From the human T2T-CHM13v2.0 reference genome, Homo sapiens: DNA of 64,000 bases. The stretch lies in the NCBI RefSeq assembly GCF_009914755.1, contig NC_060932.1, one strand, 5' to 3'. Of the stretch, positions 1 to 12,800 are shown piece after piece. Position 1 is the first letter of the stretch. Every line of letters starts with the position of its first letter. The notes under the pieces were generated by a model. It was given only the letters and a program-made list of their open reading frames with translations. It had not been told where the DNA came from and ran no database searches. A program made the position numbers and the translations under genes.

Positions 1-211
1 CAGAGGAAAGGACGATAAGAGTGGTTCTGAGGTTCAACAGGGCTATCCAGCAGATAGAGAATGGGCTGGGGGTAAGAAGAACAAGTGAGAAGGGTAACAG
101 TCATGGTAGGTTTACACCCTTATCTGGATTGAGATGACTCTAAAACTCATAAAAAATGTAAAATCACTAATTTTTGTTGTTTCTAGAAATAGCATAACAG
201 ACATCCTATCC

Positions 212-530
212 TTTTATCTTTTTCTTCTTATTTTATTTATTTTTTGGGGAAAAGGGTCTCCGTCTGTCACCCAGGCTAGAGTGCAGTGGTGCAATCTTGA
301 CTCACTGCAGCCTCTACCTCCCCAGATTCAGGTGATCCTCTCACCTCAGCTTCCTGAGTAGCTGGGACTACAGGCTCTCAATATCATGCACAGCTAATTT
401 TTGTATTTTTTGTAGAAATGGGGTTTCACCAGGTTGCCCAGGCTGGTCTCAAACTCCTGGACTCAAGTGATCCTCTCACCTGAGGCTCCCAAAGTGCTAG
501 CATTACAGGCACGTGCCACTTTGCCCGGCT
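212..530 (-). mobile_element. Alu (AluJ-like)
   Basis: Antisense Alu body after a T-rich tail; TSD gacatccta at 200-208 and 531-539. Confidence 0.95.
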
Positions 531-670
531 GACATCCTAACTTCAACCCTTGTATTAGTGTTCTTTTATTTGTATATTGTGTAAAGTTTTATATGTATTT
601 TTTCTTTATATTAAGGTAACAGTTTTGTTTTTTCCTCCCCTAATTTGTTAGGACTTTGTTACCTCTAAAG

Positions 671-872
671 CAAGGGTGTCCAATCTTTTGGCTTCCCTGG
701 GCCGTGTTGGAAGAAGAATTGTCTTGGGCCACACTTAAAATACACTAACGCTAATGATAGCTGATGAGCTTAAAAAATTGCAAAAGAGTCTCATAATGTT
801 TTAAGAAAGTTTGCAAACTTGTGTTGGGCCTCATTCAAAGTTGTCCTGTGGGCTGCGGGCTGGACAAATTTG
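671..872 (+). mobile_element. MER30 hAT-Charlie non-autonomous DNA transposon
   Basis: CAAGGGTGTCCAATCTTTTGGCTTCCCTGGGCC...GGACAAATTTG; perfect 8-bp TSD ctctaaag at 663-670 and 873-880. Confidence 0.92.
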
Positions 873-1839
873 CTCTAAAGGAATATCATCTCCTAACAGA
901 GGAGTTCTACTATTAAACTAAACCAATGCATGCTTCTGGGAGAACTGTAGAAAACTGAGGATTGTCATAGGTCTAGACTAAGAAGAAAGGAACATATGGT
1001 GATAAAAATACTTCATCTGATACATGCCTAATCAAATAAAGTTGCAAAATAAAGAAGCCTGCAAACAGTTGGAGTGTTTATAAAGCACCCACCCTCATTT
1101 TATTAAGTAAAAATAAATGACTATGACCATAAAACTATAAGAGTGAGCCTTCTTCTTTCAACTGAAATAGCTGGTATAGAACTTGTCCTCTAACTATAAA
1201 TAGCAAAAGAACTGGAATATATATATTTTACAATTGTTTTCAAGAATTGGAGAATAGACAGATTAGAATTATGATCCCTGAAAGAAAGGTGGCTAAGGAG
1301 GTAGGTCATAAAATTGTCAAGCTTTTGTTTTGGAGGCAATTTTTAGACTATAATTCAGGGAAAGAACCCAAAATAGAGCAGGATGGTATAAATTGATGAA
1401 AGGAGAATGAAATTTGGGGAGGCTGAGGCTGCTACAATTTTCAGGGCAGAGTACTGGGAGGTGTGACCTACACAGAGAAACAATTTCAGAATCTTTAATT
1501 CATTGGTTAAATACTAACTTAGGCATGCTTAGGGTAAAATTTCATAAGGACAGCAAAAGAACAACTACCAGAGAGCTTTAAGCTGAAAAAAAAAAATCCC
1601 AGAGGCCAATGATGGGAGGTGTTTGAATTCTAACCAGGGAGTAAAAAGTATCATCGAACATTGAGGGCATTCAGTAGAGATCACAGAAAGTCATGTCTTA
1701 GTAGTAAGGCTAAACTAGGATTACAGAAAGACTACTCTAGGCCCATCTTAACAATGTTTCTAAACAATTGTGAAAAATATTATGCAAAGGTAGAAGTAAT
1801 ATATCTGCTTGCCAAAATAAACTTCAACACTAAAGGAAG

Positions 1840-1967
1840 AAAACAAAATGCAAGTGCTCAACAATGTAACATATGCTGTGTGTAGTATCCACTCACAAAT
1901 TGCAAAACAAAATGGAAGTACTCAACAATGTAACATATGCTGTGTCTAGCACCCACTCACAAATTGC
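1840..1967. repeat. 64-bp tandem duplication, 2 copies
   Basis: 1840-1903 vs 1904-1967, 5 mismatches by manual alignment. Confidence 0.92.
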
Positions 1968-2280
1968 TAACTAACTATGCAAAAAGCATCAATTTATGAT
2001 CCATACCTAGGAGAAAATTTATCAATAAGAAAATTGTTTATCAATAAGATGAAATTAGAAAAAAACAACCTTAGAGTAGCTATTTAAAAATCAAAAATAG
2101 GGCAAAGGATTTAAAAGAAAATATGAACATCTTGAGAACAGAAACAGAAGACAAAAAAGTAAACAAATGGAACTACTAGGACTAAAATATACAATAAAAT
2201 GAAAAAAATCCCTGTCAGACTTAAAGCAGATTAGTAGCTGTGGAAGAAAAGAACTATGAACTTGAAAACAAACCAGTAAG

Positions 2281-2597
2281 TGGCTCACACCTGTAATCTC
2301 AGCACTTTGGGAGGCCAAGGTGGGCGAATCACTTGAGGCCAGGAGTTCTAGACCAGCCTGGGCAACATGGTGAAACCCCATTTCTACTAGGAATACAAAA
2401 ATTAGCCAGGCATGGTGTTGCATGCTTGCGGTCCCAGCTACTTGGGAGGCTGAGGTGGGAGGATCACCTGAGCCTCAGGAGGCTGAGGCTGCAATGAGCC
2501 AAGATCACACCACTGCACTCCTGCCTGGGCAGCAGAGAGAGGGCCTGTCTCAAAAAAACAAACAAACAAAAGCAAATAAACAAAAAAACAATAAAAA
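2281..2597 (+). mobile_element. Alu (AluJ-like), about 12 bp missing at the 5' end
   Basis: tggctcacacctgtaatctcagcactttgggaggcc... with an A/CAAA tail. Confidence 0.95.
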
Positions 2598-3212
2598 CTA
2601 TTCAAACTCTATTCAAACTGAAGGTTAGGTAAAGTAAAACCTAAAGAAACAAAAATGAACAGAGTGTCTGTGATCTATGAAAAGATATCAAGCATTGTAA
2701 CAGATACATAACTGGAGTCTTAGAAAGAGAAAAAAGAGATAGGGATGGGGAAAAAAAAGCATTTTGGAAAAGAACGGCCAAAACTTTTTCATTGACTCTT
2801 ACTCCACATCATTCATGAAAATTAACTCAAAATTAAGTATAGACTTGTATGTATGTGCAAATCTGTACAACTTTTGGAAGCAAACATAGGAAAAAATGTT
2901 TTTGTCTATTCACAGCCAAATATTTTGACAGAAGAAGCACAAGCCATGAAATTAAAAAAAATGTATATATAAAATTAGACTTTGGAAACAACTAAAAACA
3001 TGTGCCCTTTAAAGAAAACTGTTAAAATCAAACCACTAAGTATAAGGAAATACTTTTGATATATATAAATCTGTTAAAAGACCTGTGTCCAGGAAAGACA
3101 GACACTGCACAAAGGAAGATATAAAATGGCCAATAATGACATAAAAGATGTTCAACATCTGTAGCCATCAAGGAAATTCAAATTAAAACTACAATAATAT
3201 CTTACTATACAC

Positions 3213-3416
3213 CAGGGGTGTCTAATTTTTTGGCTTTCTTGGGCCACATTGGAAGAAGAAGAATTGTCTTGGGCCACACATAAAATACACTAACACTAAT
3301 GATAGCTGATGAGCTAAAAAAATTTGCAAAGAAATCTCATAATATTTTAAGAAAGTGTATGAACTTGTGTTGGGCTGCATTCAAATGCATCCTGGGTCGC
3401 GGGTTGGACAAGCTTG
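3213..3416 (+). mobile_element. MER30 DNA transposon inserted in L1M
   Basis: CAGGGGTGTCTAAT...GGGTTGGACAAGCTTG; degenerate TSD ctatacac/ctataact; L1 sequence continues on both sides. Confidence 0.92.
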
Positions 3417-4052
3417 CTATAACTGTCAGAATGGCTAAAATTAAGAAGTCTAATGGTACCAAAAGTTGGTTAAGATATGGAGGAACTGGAACGCCCTCAT
3501 ATTGCCAGTGGGAACAAAATGCTACAACCATTTTGGAAAACAATTTGCTGTTTTTGTTATGTTTTGTTTTACAGTTAAACACACACTTACCATGTGATCC
3601 AACAATTTCCCTCCTAGGTATTTACCCAAGATAAACTGAAACACACACCCACACAAGAATTTGTATATGAATGTTCATAGCAGCTTTATTCATAATTGCC
3701 AAAAACTGGGAACAATCAAAATGTCTATCAACAGGTGAATTAATAAAGAAATGATGGTTTATTCATATAATGGGATACTGTTTAGTTAAAAGGAACAAAC
3801 CACTGATACAGGTAAAAATGTGGATGAATCTCAAAATCATACTAAAGGGAAAAAAGACAAAGACACAAAAGAGTGTCTGTCTGATTTCCTTTAAGATCAA
3901 TGGTTGCCTGGGACAAGACTGCAAAGAAGCAGGAGAAAACATTTTGGCATAATGGAGATATTTTATTTCATGATTGAGGGGGTGGTTACATGAGTCCATA
4001 TATATGTAAAAACTCATTGAACTGTACACTTAAAATGCATGCACTTGTGGTA

Positions 4053-4406
4053 CAGTTATGTGTTGTTTAATGGGGGGTATGCATTCTGAGAAATGCATCA
4101 GTATGCAATTTACTGACTGTACCAAGAACATAGAGTGTACTTACACAAATCTAGATGGTCAGCCTACTACACACACACCTAGGCTATATGGCATAGCTTA
4201 TCGCTCTTAGGCTACAAACCTGCACAGCATGTTACTGTACTGAATACTGTAGGCAATAGTAACACAGTAGTTTTTGCGTACCAAAACACAGAAAAAACAG
4301 CTAAACAACAGGAAAGGTATACTAAAAATGCAGTATAATCTTATGGGACTACCTTGGAATGTGCGGTCCATCCTTGACTGAAACATCACTATGGGGCAAG
4401 AGACTG
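4053..4406 (-). mobile_element. Tigger3a (MER7A) TcMar-Tigger element
   Basis: TA-CAGT...ACTG-TA termini; internal ggctacaaacctgcacagcatgttactgtactgaatactgtaggcaat. Confidence 0.88.
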
Positions 4407-5187
4407 TATATAAAATAAGCCTCAATAAAGTTGTTTTAAAATAAGATTAAAAAGTTCATGAGAGGAAACATATAACCAAGATCGAGAACTTTCATGATAG
4501 AATATGAATTCTCATTAAATGAGCAGACACTGTTTTGAAGAATTGATGCTCAACAATCCACAAGCAAGTGTGGTATTTAACTCAAGGTTATATGTATGAT
4601 TTGTCTGTCTGATGATGTTAAAACTTACCTCACTCTTCAATCCAAACTTTATCTTTATTTCCCTGTCTTAGGTTGTCCAGTACACTAGGGAAAGACAGCA
4701 TCAATATTAGGCATACAGATGGTTTGTTAACGGCTGTGTGAAAATAAGAAAAATTATAATGTTCTTCATTATGCAGATTATTATAAAGAGATAATTTGCA
4801 TATTGATTTAAGTATGTTTTGTTCCTAGGGATGTCAGACTCATAATTATTCCTACATGGTTTTAATACTCAGGTTGTAAGGCTTTATTTCAAAACATTTA
4901 GCATTTATATCCCACTCAAATATAAAATTACAATTCTAGACAAGTTCTAGGAAACAGCATAAAAATGGTAATAGAATATATTTTAAGTGATTCAGGTGGA
5001 GTGTATTGTTTATAGAAGATATTATACATAAATAAAAGCTTTTAAAGGTTAATGCTTTTCGTATCTGTTTGGTAATTCCAAACACCCTCTCTACTCCCAC
5101 TATTAACCTAGCACATTTATATGTGGCATTTAAAAATTGCTCACCATAGTGCCCTTAGTAGATAAAAAGAACCCTGAATAATGAAAC

Positions 5188-5529
5188 TGAGATAGCCAAG
5201 TGTAAAGGGGTCCCCAGAAAAACTCCAACTGGCCTGTGCATTGGGAGGAGTGTGCACCGGGTTGGAGCCTCAAGAAGTTTGTGCAGTTTGCATGGAGGGA
5301 GAAGCCTGGCCTCTCCTGTTCCAGGGTGGAACCTGGAATTCAATCTGCTAGGTGGGAAGCCTATCCCAGCAGTACTCTATCCTGCTGAGAGTCCCTGTTT
5401 CCCTTTTTTTCCTTTTTGCCCAATAAATTCCATTTCTCTCACCCTTCAAAGTGTCTGTGAGCCTAATCTCTCATGGCCGTGTGACAAGAACCTGGCTTTC
5501 AGCTGAACTAAGGAGAAAGTCCTACAACA
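5188..5529 (+). mobile_element. Solo ERV1 LTR, MER61 family (MER61A-like)
   Basis: TGAGATAGCCAAGTGTAAAGGGGTCCCC...AATAAA...AGCTGAACTAAGGAGAAAGTCCTACAACA; TG..CA ends; flanks aaac/aaat. Confidence 0.85.
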
Positions 5530-5701
5530 AAATATTGATAATAAATAAGGGATGCATACCTAAATTCCTCCTTTTGGTTGTATGGTTACCACTCTTATCA
5601 CTTACCAAGACTATCCAATTATATAAAAAATGTTCATTAAAGATGATGGTAATAAACAATTGCACAAATTATTAGGAGATTAAATATGGTGGACAAAGCA
5701 G

Positions 5702-6137
5702 TTTTTTATTGATAGTAGTTTTTGTACACATTTATGGAGTATATGTACATTTTGTTATATGTATACACTGTATAATGATCAAGTTAGGGTATTTGGGGTG
5801 TATTGGGAACATTTCAAGTCCTCTCTTCTAGAAACTTTGAAATATACAATATGCTGTTAACTATGATCATGCTACTCTGCTATTGAACATTAGAACATAT
5901 TCCTTCTCACTAACTGTATGTTTATACCCATTAACCAACCCCTCCCACCCACAGGCACACCCTAACCAGCTGCCAGTATCTATTATTGTTCTACTCTCTA
6001 TCTCCATGAGATTCACTTTTTTAGTTCCTTCATGTGAGTAAGAACATGCAATGTTTGTCTTTCTGTATCTGGCTTCACTTAGCACTTTCACTTAACACAA
6101 TGGCCTCCAGTTCCATTCATGTTGCTGTAAATGACAC
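5702..6137 (-). mobile_element. L1MA 3'UTR fragment
   Basis: Antisense L1MA end (gagtaagaacatgcaatgtttgtctttctgtatctggctt; cctccagttccattcatgttgctg). Confidence 0.85.
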
Positions 6138-6421
6138 TCTCAGTTTAAAAAAATATTAAAATTAGAGGAAACATTATGAGTTAATTGAAAAATCAACCAA
6201 TATGTATTTCCGGAAAAGAGAAGAAAACCATTATTATACAGATATTCAGAATTTATTTAGTTTGTAAACCTACCTCCCGTCTACCTTAATCTGAAAGAAG
6301 TTATATAACATGTAATAATTATGATAGGGTAGGATAAAGGCCATTATCTCCATTTTGTAGTATCTATTAATTTCTCCAAGGAAGTACTGAACAAAGTGTA
6401 CTTAAATTAAAACCATGTATG

Positions 6422-6685
6422 GGCTCGGCGCGGTGGCTTATGCCTGTAATCCCAGTACTTTGGGAGGCCAAGGCAGGCGAATCACCTGAGGTCAGAAGTT
6501 CAAGACCAGCCTGGCCAACATGGCAAAACCCCGTCTCTACTAAAAATACAAAAATTGGCTGGGCGTGGAGGCACACACCAGTAGTCCCAGCTACTCAGGA
6601 GGCTGAGGCAGGAGAATCACTTGAATCTGGGAAGTTTGGGCAACAGACAGAGACTCCATCTTAAGAAAATAAAACAAAACAAAAC
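6422..6685 (+). mobile_element. AluS (Sx-like) with an internal deletion of about 40 bp in the right arm
   Basis: cttgaatctgggaag joins directly to tgggcaacaga, lacking the gttgcagtgagcc...cactccagc segment. Confidence 0.93.
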
Positions 6686-6851
6686 ATATATGTACATAAT
6701 TTTGATACTTCATTAACCTTCTGGGCTTTCATAACTAAGTCATGAATCAGATATGATAATTCAGATGTTTTAGGTTCAATAAGCTCCATATTAGAACTGG
6801 ATTTCGATGGAAATATTTATAAGACACTTTTGTTTATAGAATGGAATATGT

Positions 6852-6887
6852 GGTTACCACTGAGATCTTGGTTACCACTGAGATCTT
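6852..6887. repeat. Perfect 18-bp tandem duplication
   Basis: ggttaccactgagatctt x2. Confidence 0.95.
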
Positions 6888-7210
6888 CTTTTCTTTAAAC
6901 AAGAACGTTCATCCACACTCTCATGGTAAACACCAGTTGTTGGCATTAAAATTGCTCATACAATACTGGAGCAAATATACAACCTTAGAACACATGAAGA
7001 CCATCCAAAGATGTTTATATTAAGAAACCATGGCTTATAAAGAAGAGTATAACTCTGTAATATTAAAAAGCATTCTTCAGAAGTAAAAAGCCTTCCCAGA
7101 TAGCCAAAGAAGCAATGCACGAAGTGTATGAAGAAGAAGCTATTTACTCTTCTGAGTCACTCAAACACCGTTTTATTCATCAAAAAAAGAGTTTCACTGG
7201 GAAATGCAAC

Positions 7211-7497
7211 TTTTTCTTCCTTTTTTTGAGACGGATTCTCGTTCTGTCACCCAGGCTGGAGTGCAGTGACATGATCTTGGCTCACTGCAACCTCTGCCTC
7301 CCAGGTTCAAGCAATTCTCCTGCCTTGGCCTCCCAATCCCAAGTAGCTGGGATTATAGGTGTGTGCCACCACCCCTGGCTAATTTTTTGTATTTTTAGAA
7401 AAGATGGGGTTTTACCATGTTGGCCAGGCTGGTCTCAAATTCCTGACCTCAGGTGGTTCATCCCCCTCGGCCTCCCAAGGGCTGGGATTACAGGCGT
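7211..7497 (-). mobile_element. AluS, 5' ~18 bp missing
   Basis: Antisense Alu ending at gggattacaggcgt. Confidence 0.95.
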
Positions 7498-7500
7498 TGG

Positions 7501-7749
7501 TTTTTTATTTTTTATTTTTTGGAGACAGAGTCTTGCTCTATCGCCCAGGCTGGAGTGCAGTGGCATGATCACAGCTCTCTGCAACCTCCGCCTCCCAAGT
7601 TCAAGCAATTCTCTGACTCAGCCTCCTCAGTAGCTGGGATTACAGGTGCCCACCACCATACCTGGCTAATTTTTTTTGTATTTTTAGTGGAGACGGGTTT
7701 CACCATCTTGGCCAGGCTGGTCTTGAACTCTTGACCTGGTGATCCATCC
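7501..7749 (-). mobile_element. AluS, 5'-truncated, in tandem with the preceding Alu
   Basis: T tail, then antisense Alu ending at gacctggtgatccatcc. Confidence 0.93.
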
Positions 7750-7756
7750 ATACAAG

Positions 7757-9013
7757 CGTTGCTTTACATATTGCTTCATCACCCAGGTATTAAGCCCAGT
7801 ACCCAATAGTTATCTTTTCTGCTCCTCTCCCTCCTCTCACCCTCCATCCTCAAGTAGGCCCCAGCATCTGTTGTTCCTCCTCTGTGTGTCCATGTGTTCT
7901 TATCATTTAGCTCCCACTTATAAGTGAGAACATGTGGTATTTAGTTTTCTGTTCCTGCATTAGTTTGCTAAGGATAATAGCCTCCAGTTCCATCCATGTT
8001 CCTACAAAAGACATGATCACGTGTTTTTTATGACTGCATAGTATTCCAAAGTGTATATGTACCACATTTTCTTCATCCGACCTGTCATTGATAGGCATTT
8101 AGGTTGATTCCACGTCTTTGCTATTGTGAATAGTGCTGCAATGAACATTTGCATCATGTGTCTTTATGGTAGAATGATTTATATTCCTCTGGGTATATAC
8201 CAAGTAATGGAATTGCTGATTCAAATGATAGTTCTGCTTTTAGCTCTCTGAGGAATTGCCATACTGCTTTCCTTATGGTTAAGCTAAATTACACTCCCAC
8301 CAACAGTGTATAAGTGTTTTTATCCCTCCACAACCTCACCAGCATCTGTTATTTTTTGACTTTTTAATAATCATTCTGACTGGTGTGAGATGGTATCTCA
8401 TTGTAGTTTTTATTTGCATTTCTCTAATGATCAGTGATATTGAACTTTTTTCATATTCTAGTTAGCTGCATGTATGTCTTCTTTTGAGAAGTGTCCATGT
8501 TCTTTGCCTACTTTTTAATGGGGTTGTTTTTCTCTTCTAAATTTAAGTTCCTCACAGATACTTTGTCAGGTGCATACTTTGCAAAAATTTTCTCCCATTT
8601 TAAATATTGTCTGTTTACTCTGTTGATAGTTTCGTTTGCTGTGCAGAGCTCTTAGGTTTAATTAGATCTCATATGTCAATTTTGGCTTTTGTTGTGATTG
8701 CTTTTGGCATCTTTGTCATGAAACGTCGTTTGTTCCCATATCCAGGATGGTATTGCCTAGGTTGTCTTCCAGGGTTTTTATAATTTTGGGTTTTACATTT
8801 AAATCTTTAATCCATCTTGGGTTGATTTTTGTGTATGGTTTAAGAAAGGAGTCTAGCTTCAATCTTCTGCATATGACTAGCCAGTTATCTCAGCGTCATT
8901 TATTGAATAGGGAGTTATTTACCCATTGCTCATTTTTGTCAGCTTTGTTGAAGATCAGGTGGTCATAGATGTGTGGCCTTATTTCTGGGCTTTCTATTCT
9001 GTTCCATTGATCT
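7757..9013 (-). mobile_element. L1PA (L1PA13-15-like) 3'UTR and ORF2 end; non-inverted part of a twin-primed insertion
   Basis: Antisense L1 (ctcccacttataagtgagaacatgtggtattt ... ctattctgttccattgatct). Confidence 0.92.
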
Positions 9014-9545
9014 CCAGCTGATAAACAACTTCAGCAAAGTTGCAGGATACAAAATCAATGAACAAAAATCATTAACATTCCTATACACCAACAACAGCCA
9101 AACCAAGAGCCAAATCTACAAAGGCAATCCCACTCACAATTGTCACAAAAAGAATAAAAAACCTAGGAAAACAGCTAACCAGGGGAGAGGTGAAAGATCT
9201 CTACAGTGAGAATTACAAAACACTGCTCAAAGAAATCAGGGAACAGACAAACAAATTAAAAAAACATTCAATGTTCATGGATAGGAAGAATCAATATCAT
9301 TAAAATGGCCATACTGCTCAAAGCAATTTACAGATTCAGTGCTATTTCTATCAAACTACCAATGACATTTTTCACAGAACTAGAAAAAAAACTATTTTAA
9401 AATTAATATGAAACAAAAAGAGCCCAAATAGTCAAGGCAACCTAAGCAAAAAGAATAAAACTGGAGGCATCACTTTTCCTGACTTCAAACGGTACTACAA
9501 GGCTACAGTAACCTAACCAGCATGGTGCTGGTACAAACACAGGCA
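9012..9545 (+). mobile_element. Inverted 5' segment of the same L1 (ORF2)
   Basis: agctgataaacaacttcagcaaag ... gcatggtgctggtacaaacacag; its end is contiguous in L1 with the start of the minus-strand segment. Confidence 0.92.
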
Positions 9546-9649
9546 GAGAAATGGACCATTTTTAAGAGCCTTTGACAACATCTACAAACAGCAAACTTCA
9601 GCTAATAATCATAATTTGTACTTTTATCATTAAGGAATGCACTGAATCA

Positions 9650-10098
9650 ATGGTATTAGTTTTGTGAAACAAGGAGCTCAGAGCTAAGCTGCTTAGAACT
9701 GGTATCGGGGACTCTGTAATACCATCAGTGATGCAGGCAGACTCCCTCCAACTTTCTGTTCAGAGGTCCATGGTGCAGCACTCATATGCATGGCTGTTGC
9801 CTTATGGTCACAAGTTGGATTCTCTAAAACCAGCATATTAAGTAGGAAGAAGTAGAAGAACAAAAGTTGTTTACCAATGGAATTGAGTCTCTTTTAAAGA
9901 GTTTTCCTTGAAGTCTCTCCCAGAAACTTCCACTTTTGTTTCATTGGCCAGAATGATCACATGGCCACTTCTACCTGCAAAGGAGGTTAGGAAATGCAAT
10001 TTGCAGCTGGCTACGTACAGCCTCACTGAAAATCAGGTTATATTACAAAAACTGAATGGGAAATAGACGTTGAGTAGGTAAGCAGAAACGTCTGCCAT
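9650..10098 (-). mobile_element. Old MaLR LTR (MLT1K/L-like)
   Basis: tcattggccagaatgatcacatggccacttctacctgcaaaggagg...gtctgcca. Confidence 0.7.
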
Positions 10099-12699
10099 GG
10101 TGATCAGAAATTTGTGTGAACAATAGAAATGCTGCATTTGTTGAGCATGATGGGATTATTTTAACTTTCTCTAAGAAACAAAAGTCTTTTATACTGAAAT
10201 TTTAATCTGAATTATTTGCTGTGAGGGCCAATGCTGTGCTTCACTGTTAACCTTTATTAATCAAATGAATGTGTTTGGAAACAGTTTGTAATACTAGATT
10301 TTAAATAAAAAATGCTTTCTTTTGGCAACAAGTATACCTGGACAAATCCTATTTGTAATATAGATTAGCACTTTCGCCAAATAATCTCACAGTATATTTT
10401 ATACTTAGTGGGTATTTTTTCAAAAATTAGATTTCTATATCATATTCCATATGGTTTGTGTTCATTTAAAAAAAAAAAAGAAGCGTAAGTGGCTCTGGTG
10501 CCCTGCTATGATGAGGTATTTCCAAAAGTCCTTCTAACTAAAATATGGCACTTATAACTAATCCCTTTAAAATGAATTGTACATATGTGAGCATTTGCAT
10601 TAACTATAATTAGCTAACCACAGCCTATGCTTATATCTATATGGTATGTGTAATCTGTTTATAGAACAGGGCAAATGACATAATGTAGATCTTGGCAAAT
10701 AATCACATTCTCCTTCCACAAATAACATTTGAAATGATAAAAACAACATACAGATGAATAGCTCCCAATAGGTAAAATCATTATAACCCACATTTGCCAA
10801 CATAATTTTAATCCCATTTGTTGGTCACATATTTTGAGAGGGAGATGTACAATTCCAGTTTATGGCTCAATATTTCACTTTGACAGAAAGCCACTCTCGG
10901 GCATCAAGGATTTGAGACCAGGAAACACTGCAGTTGGAAAGGATGAGGGGTGCGTGAGAAAGCTGAGGTCTGGGCTGAGCCACATGCTCCAGGTTAGCCT
11001 TGCTAAAAATGCCAACACCAGGATCCGATGCACAGTCTCAACCTCATTGTGCCCACCTCCAAATCCTTTGAAACAGATTCCAATGATAGATCCCCTCTCC
11101 TTTCTCCCTAAAAGAGAATGTCATCTTCCTCCCTTCTCTGCTTCCTGCCACATGACAGTGTGGAAGCTCCTAGCACATCCCTAATGTGGAAGGACATGTC
11201 TCCTCCCTAGTTTTATTCAAACGGATGGATTGCAATTATCACTAATTGGTGTTGCCATTAATCACTGATTTTCTTCAATATATCCTCCTAGGATCCCAAC
11301 TACTGCTAACTGAATTCCCAGTTACTTTCTCATAAGTAGTTTCCCATTCCTTGAAGAGATTCTTTAAATGAACACACATGTCTTCCTGATTATGAAATAT
11401 TTCCTATTCATTCTAAGTAATTGTGAATATTTAGAAAGGTAAAGAGAAAGAAATTTTAAATTATCTAAAATTTAGAGATAACAGTTGTTAGCATTTTTTA
11501 ATGTATTTTTTTTCTATGTATATACATTTAAAAATTCAGGCTCATACTTATGGACAATTGGCAATTGAGATACAAATAATATTATAACTTGTTTTCCAAT
11601 GCCACTAAATATTCTTTGTAATATTCTAGGTATCTTTAGGGTCCTTGTCATGCCAGAATTGAGCTAATTGGATTGCTATTGTTTTCATTGTTGATATTAT
11701 AATTAATAGCAATCTTTATACAAAAATAGTATCTGTGTTTTTGATGATTTCCTGAAGCTTGATATATCATTTGTCATGTTTTCAATGCCTAGTAAAAGAT
11801 GAGCAAACTCTGTATGTTGTTTAAAAAGATATTTAGTAACTTACTTAACAAAAACTCTTACTATTATGGGGTAGCATATAAAAAATTGATTTAAATTCTG
11901 ACTTCAGGCAATTTCTCTTTCCAAAAAGAATGTACAGTGACATATACTCTTAACTTTGGCCAGTGGATCAGATTCCAGTTCTCGTCAATCGTTTCTTGCA
12001 ACCACTCCAGAGAATGGTTATAATGCCAGCAAGTCCGCTTCCTGCAGGTGTCTGCAGGTTTCCATGCTCTAGCACTTCTATTGCCTGTCAAAAAGATGTT
12101 GAGATCCTACTGTGAACAACATTTGGGTAGAAGGGGAACATTATGTAAGCAGTTTGCTTGTACAACCTATTTGATTGGATGAGATTGCCCTTTTGTTTAA
12201 AAAGGAGATTTTGTCAAACTACCTTACAGAATTGTTGAGGTTTTAGCTGTAAAATCATCTGGTACACAGTGAAAATTCAAATCACATTAAATGTTTTAAC
12301 CTTAAAGATCCTGAAAGATGGCCTGAGAGACATAAAAAATCATTCCTTTATATTCAAGAGGCCATGGGATGCTTAGGAAACTTAAAGTAATTAGAATAGG
12401 GAATACAACATAATTAACTAACTACAAAATGTACTTTCATAAGAGGATGAAAGAATCAGAGACTATAGTGAGGATACTAACAACATATTCTCCAACAAAT
12501 TCCTTTCCAGAACATACACTCCAGCATATTCTCCACTGTTGTCCAGGTTGGTTAAGCCACTTTTCCAGGTGTCATATTTAGTTCATGGTGAAAACTGGAT
12601 AAGAATTCACTTTTCCTCATTCTCTACGTGGTTTTCTTCCCCTACACCAGGTTGCCATTGCAATATCACCATGTGCTAATATTTTGTGCTTTTATTTTC

Positions 12700-12800
12700 A
12701 TGAGGCTTCAGCAGATTTGGGGTGGTGGCCCAGAAATATGTAGTTTTAACAACCTCTTAAATGATTCCTTCCTGTGGACCACCCTTTAAGGAACACTGTT
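12700..12800. mobile_element. MER5A-like fragment
   Basis: ggcccagaaatatgtagttttaacaacctc...ggaccaccctttaaggaacactg. Confidence 0.55.

Larger units (their letters stand above)
1140..4440 (+). mobile_element. Ancient L1M element, fragmented and internally deleted (5' region, ORF1 remnant, ORF2 3' end, 3'UTR), interrupted by Alu, MER30 and Tigger3a
   Basis: ORF1-like 2650-2790; ORF2-end motifs (ctcctaggtatttacccaaga, atgttcatagcagctttattcataattgccaaaaactgg); terminal ctcaataaag at about 4421; 5' boundary approximate. Confidence 0.75.

Noticed and set aside
7115-7633. Longest ORF in the track (172 aa) and other Alu-overlapping ORFs
   Set aside because: Translations such as LSPRLECS and [12 protein letters not shown] are antisense or sense Alu sequence, not genes.
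11891-12091. Minus-strand 66-aa ORF with an acceptor-like tttttgacag at about 12085
   Set aside because: No recognisable protein similarity, no convincing donor and no partner exons. A non-coding exon cannot be excluded but is unsupported.
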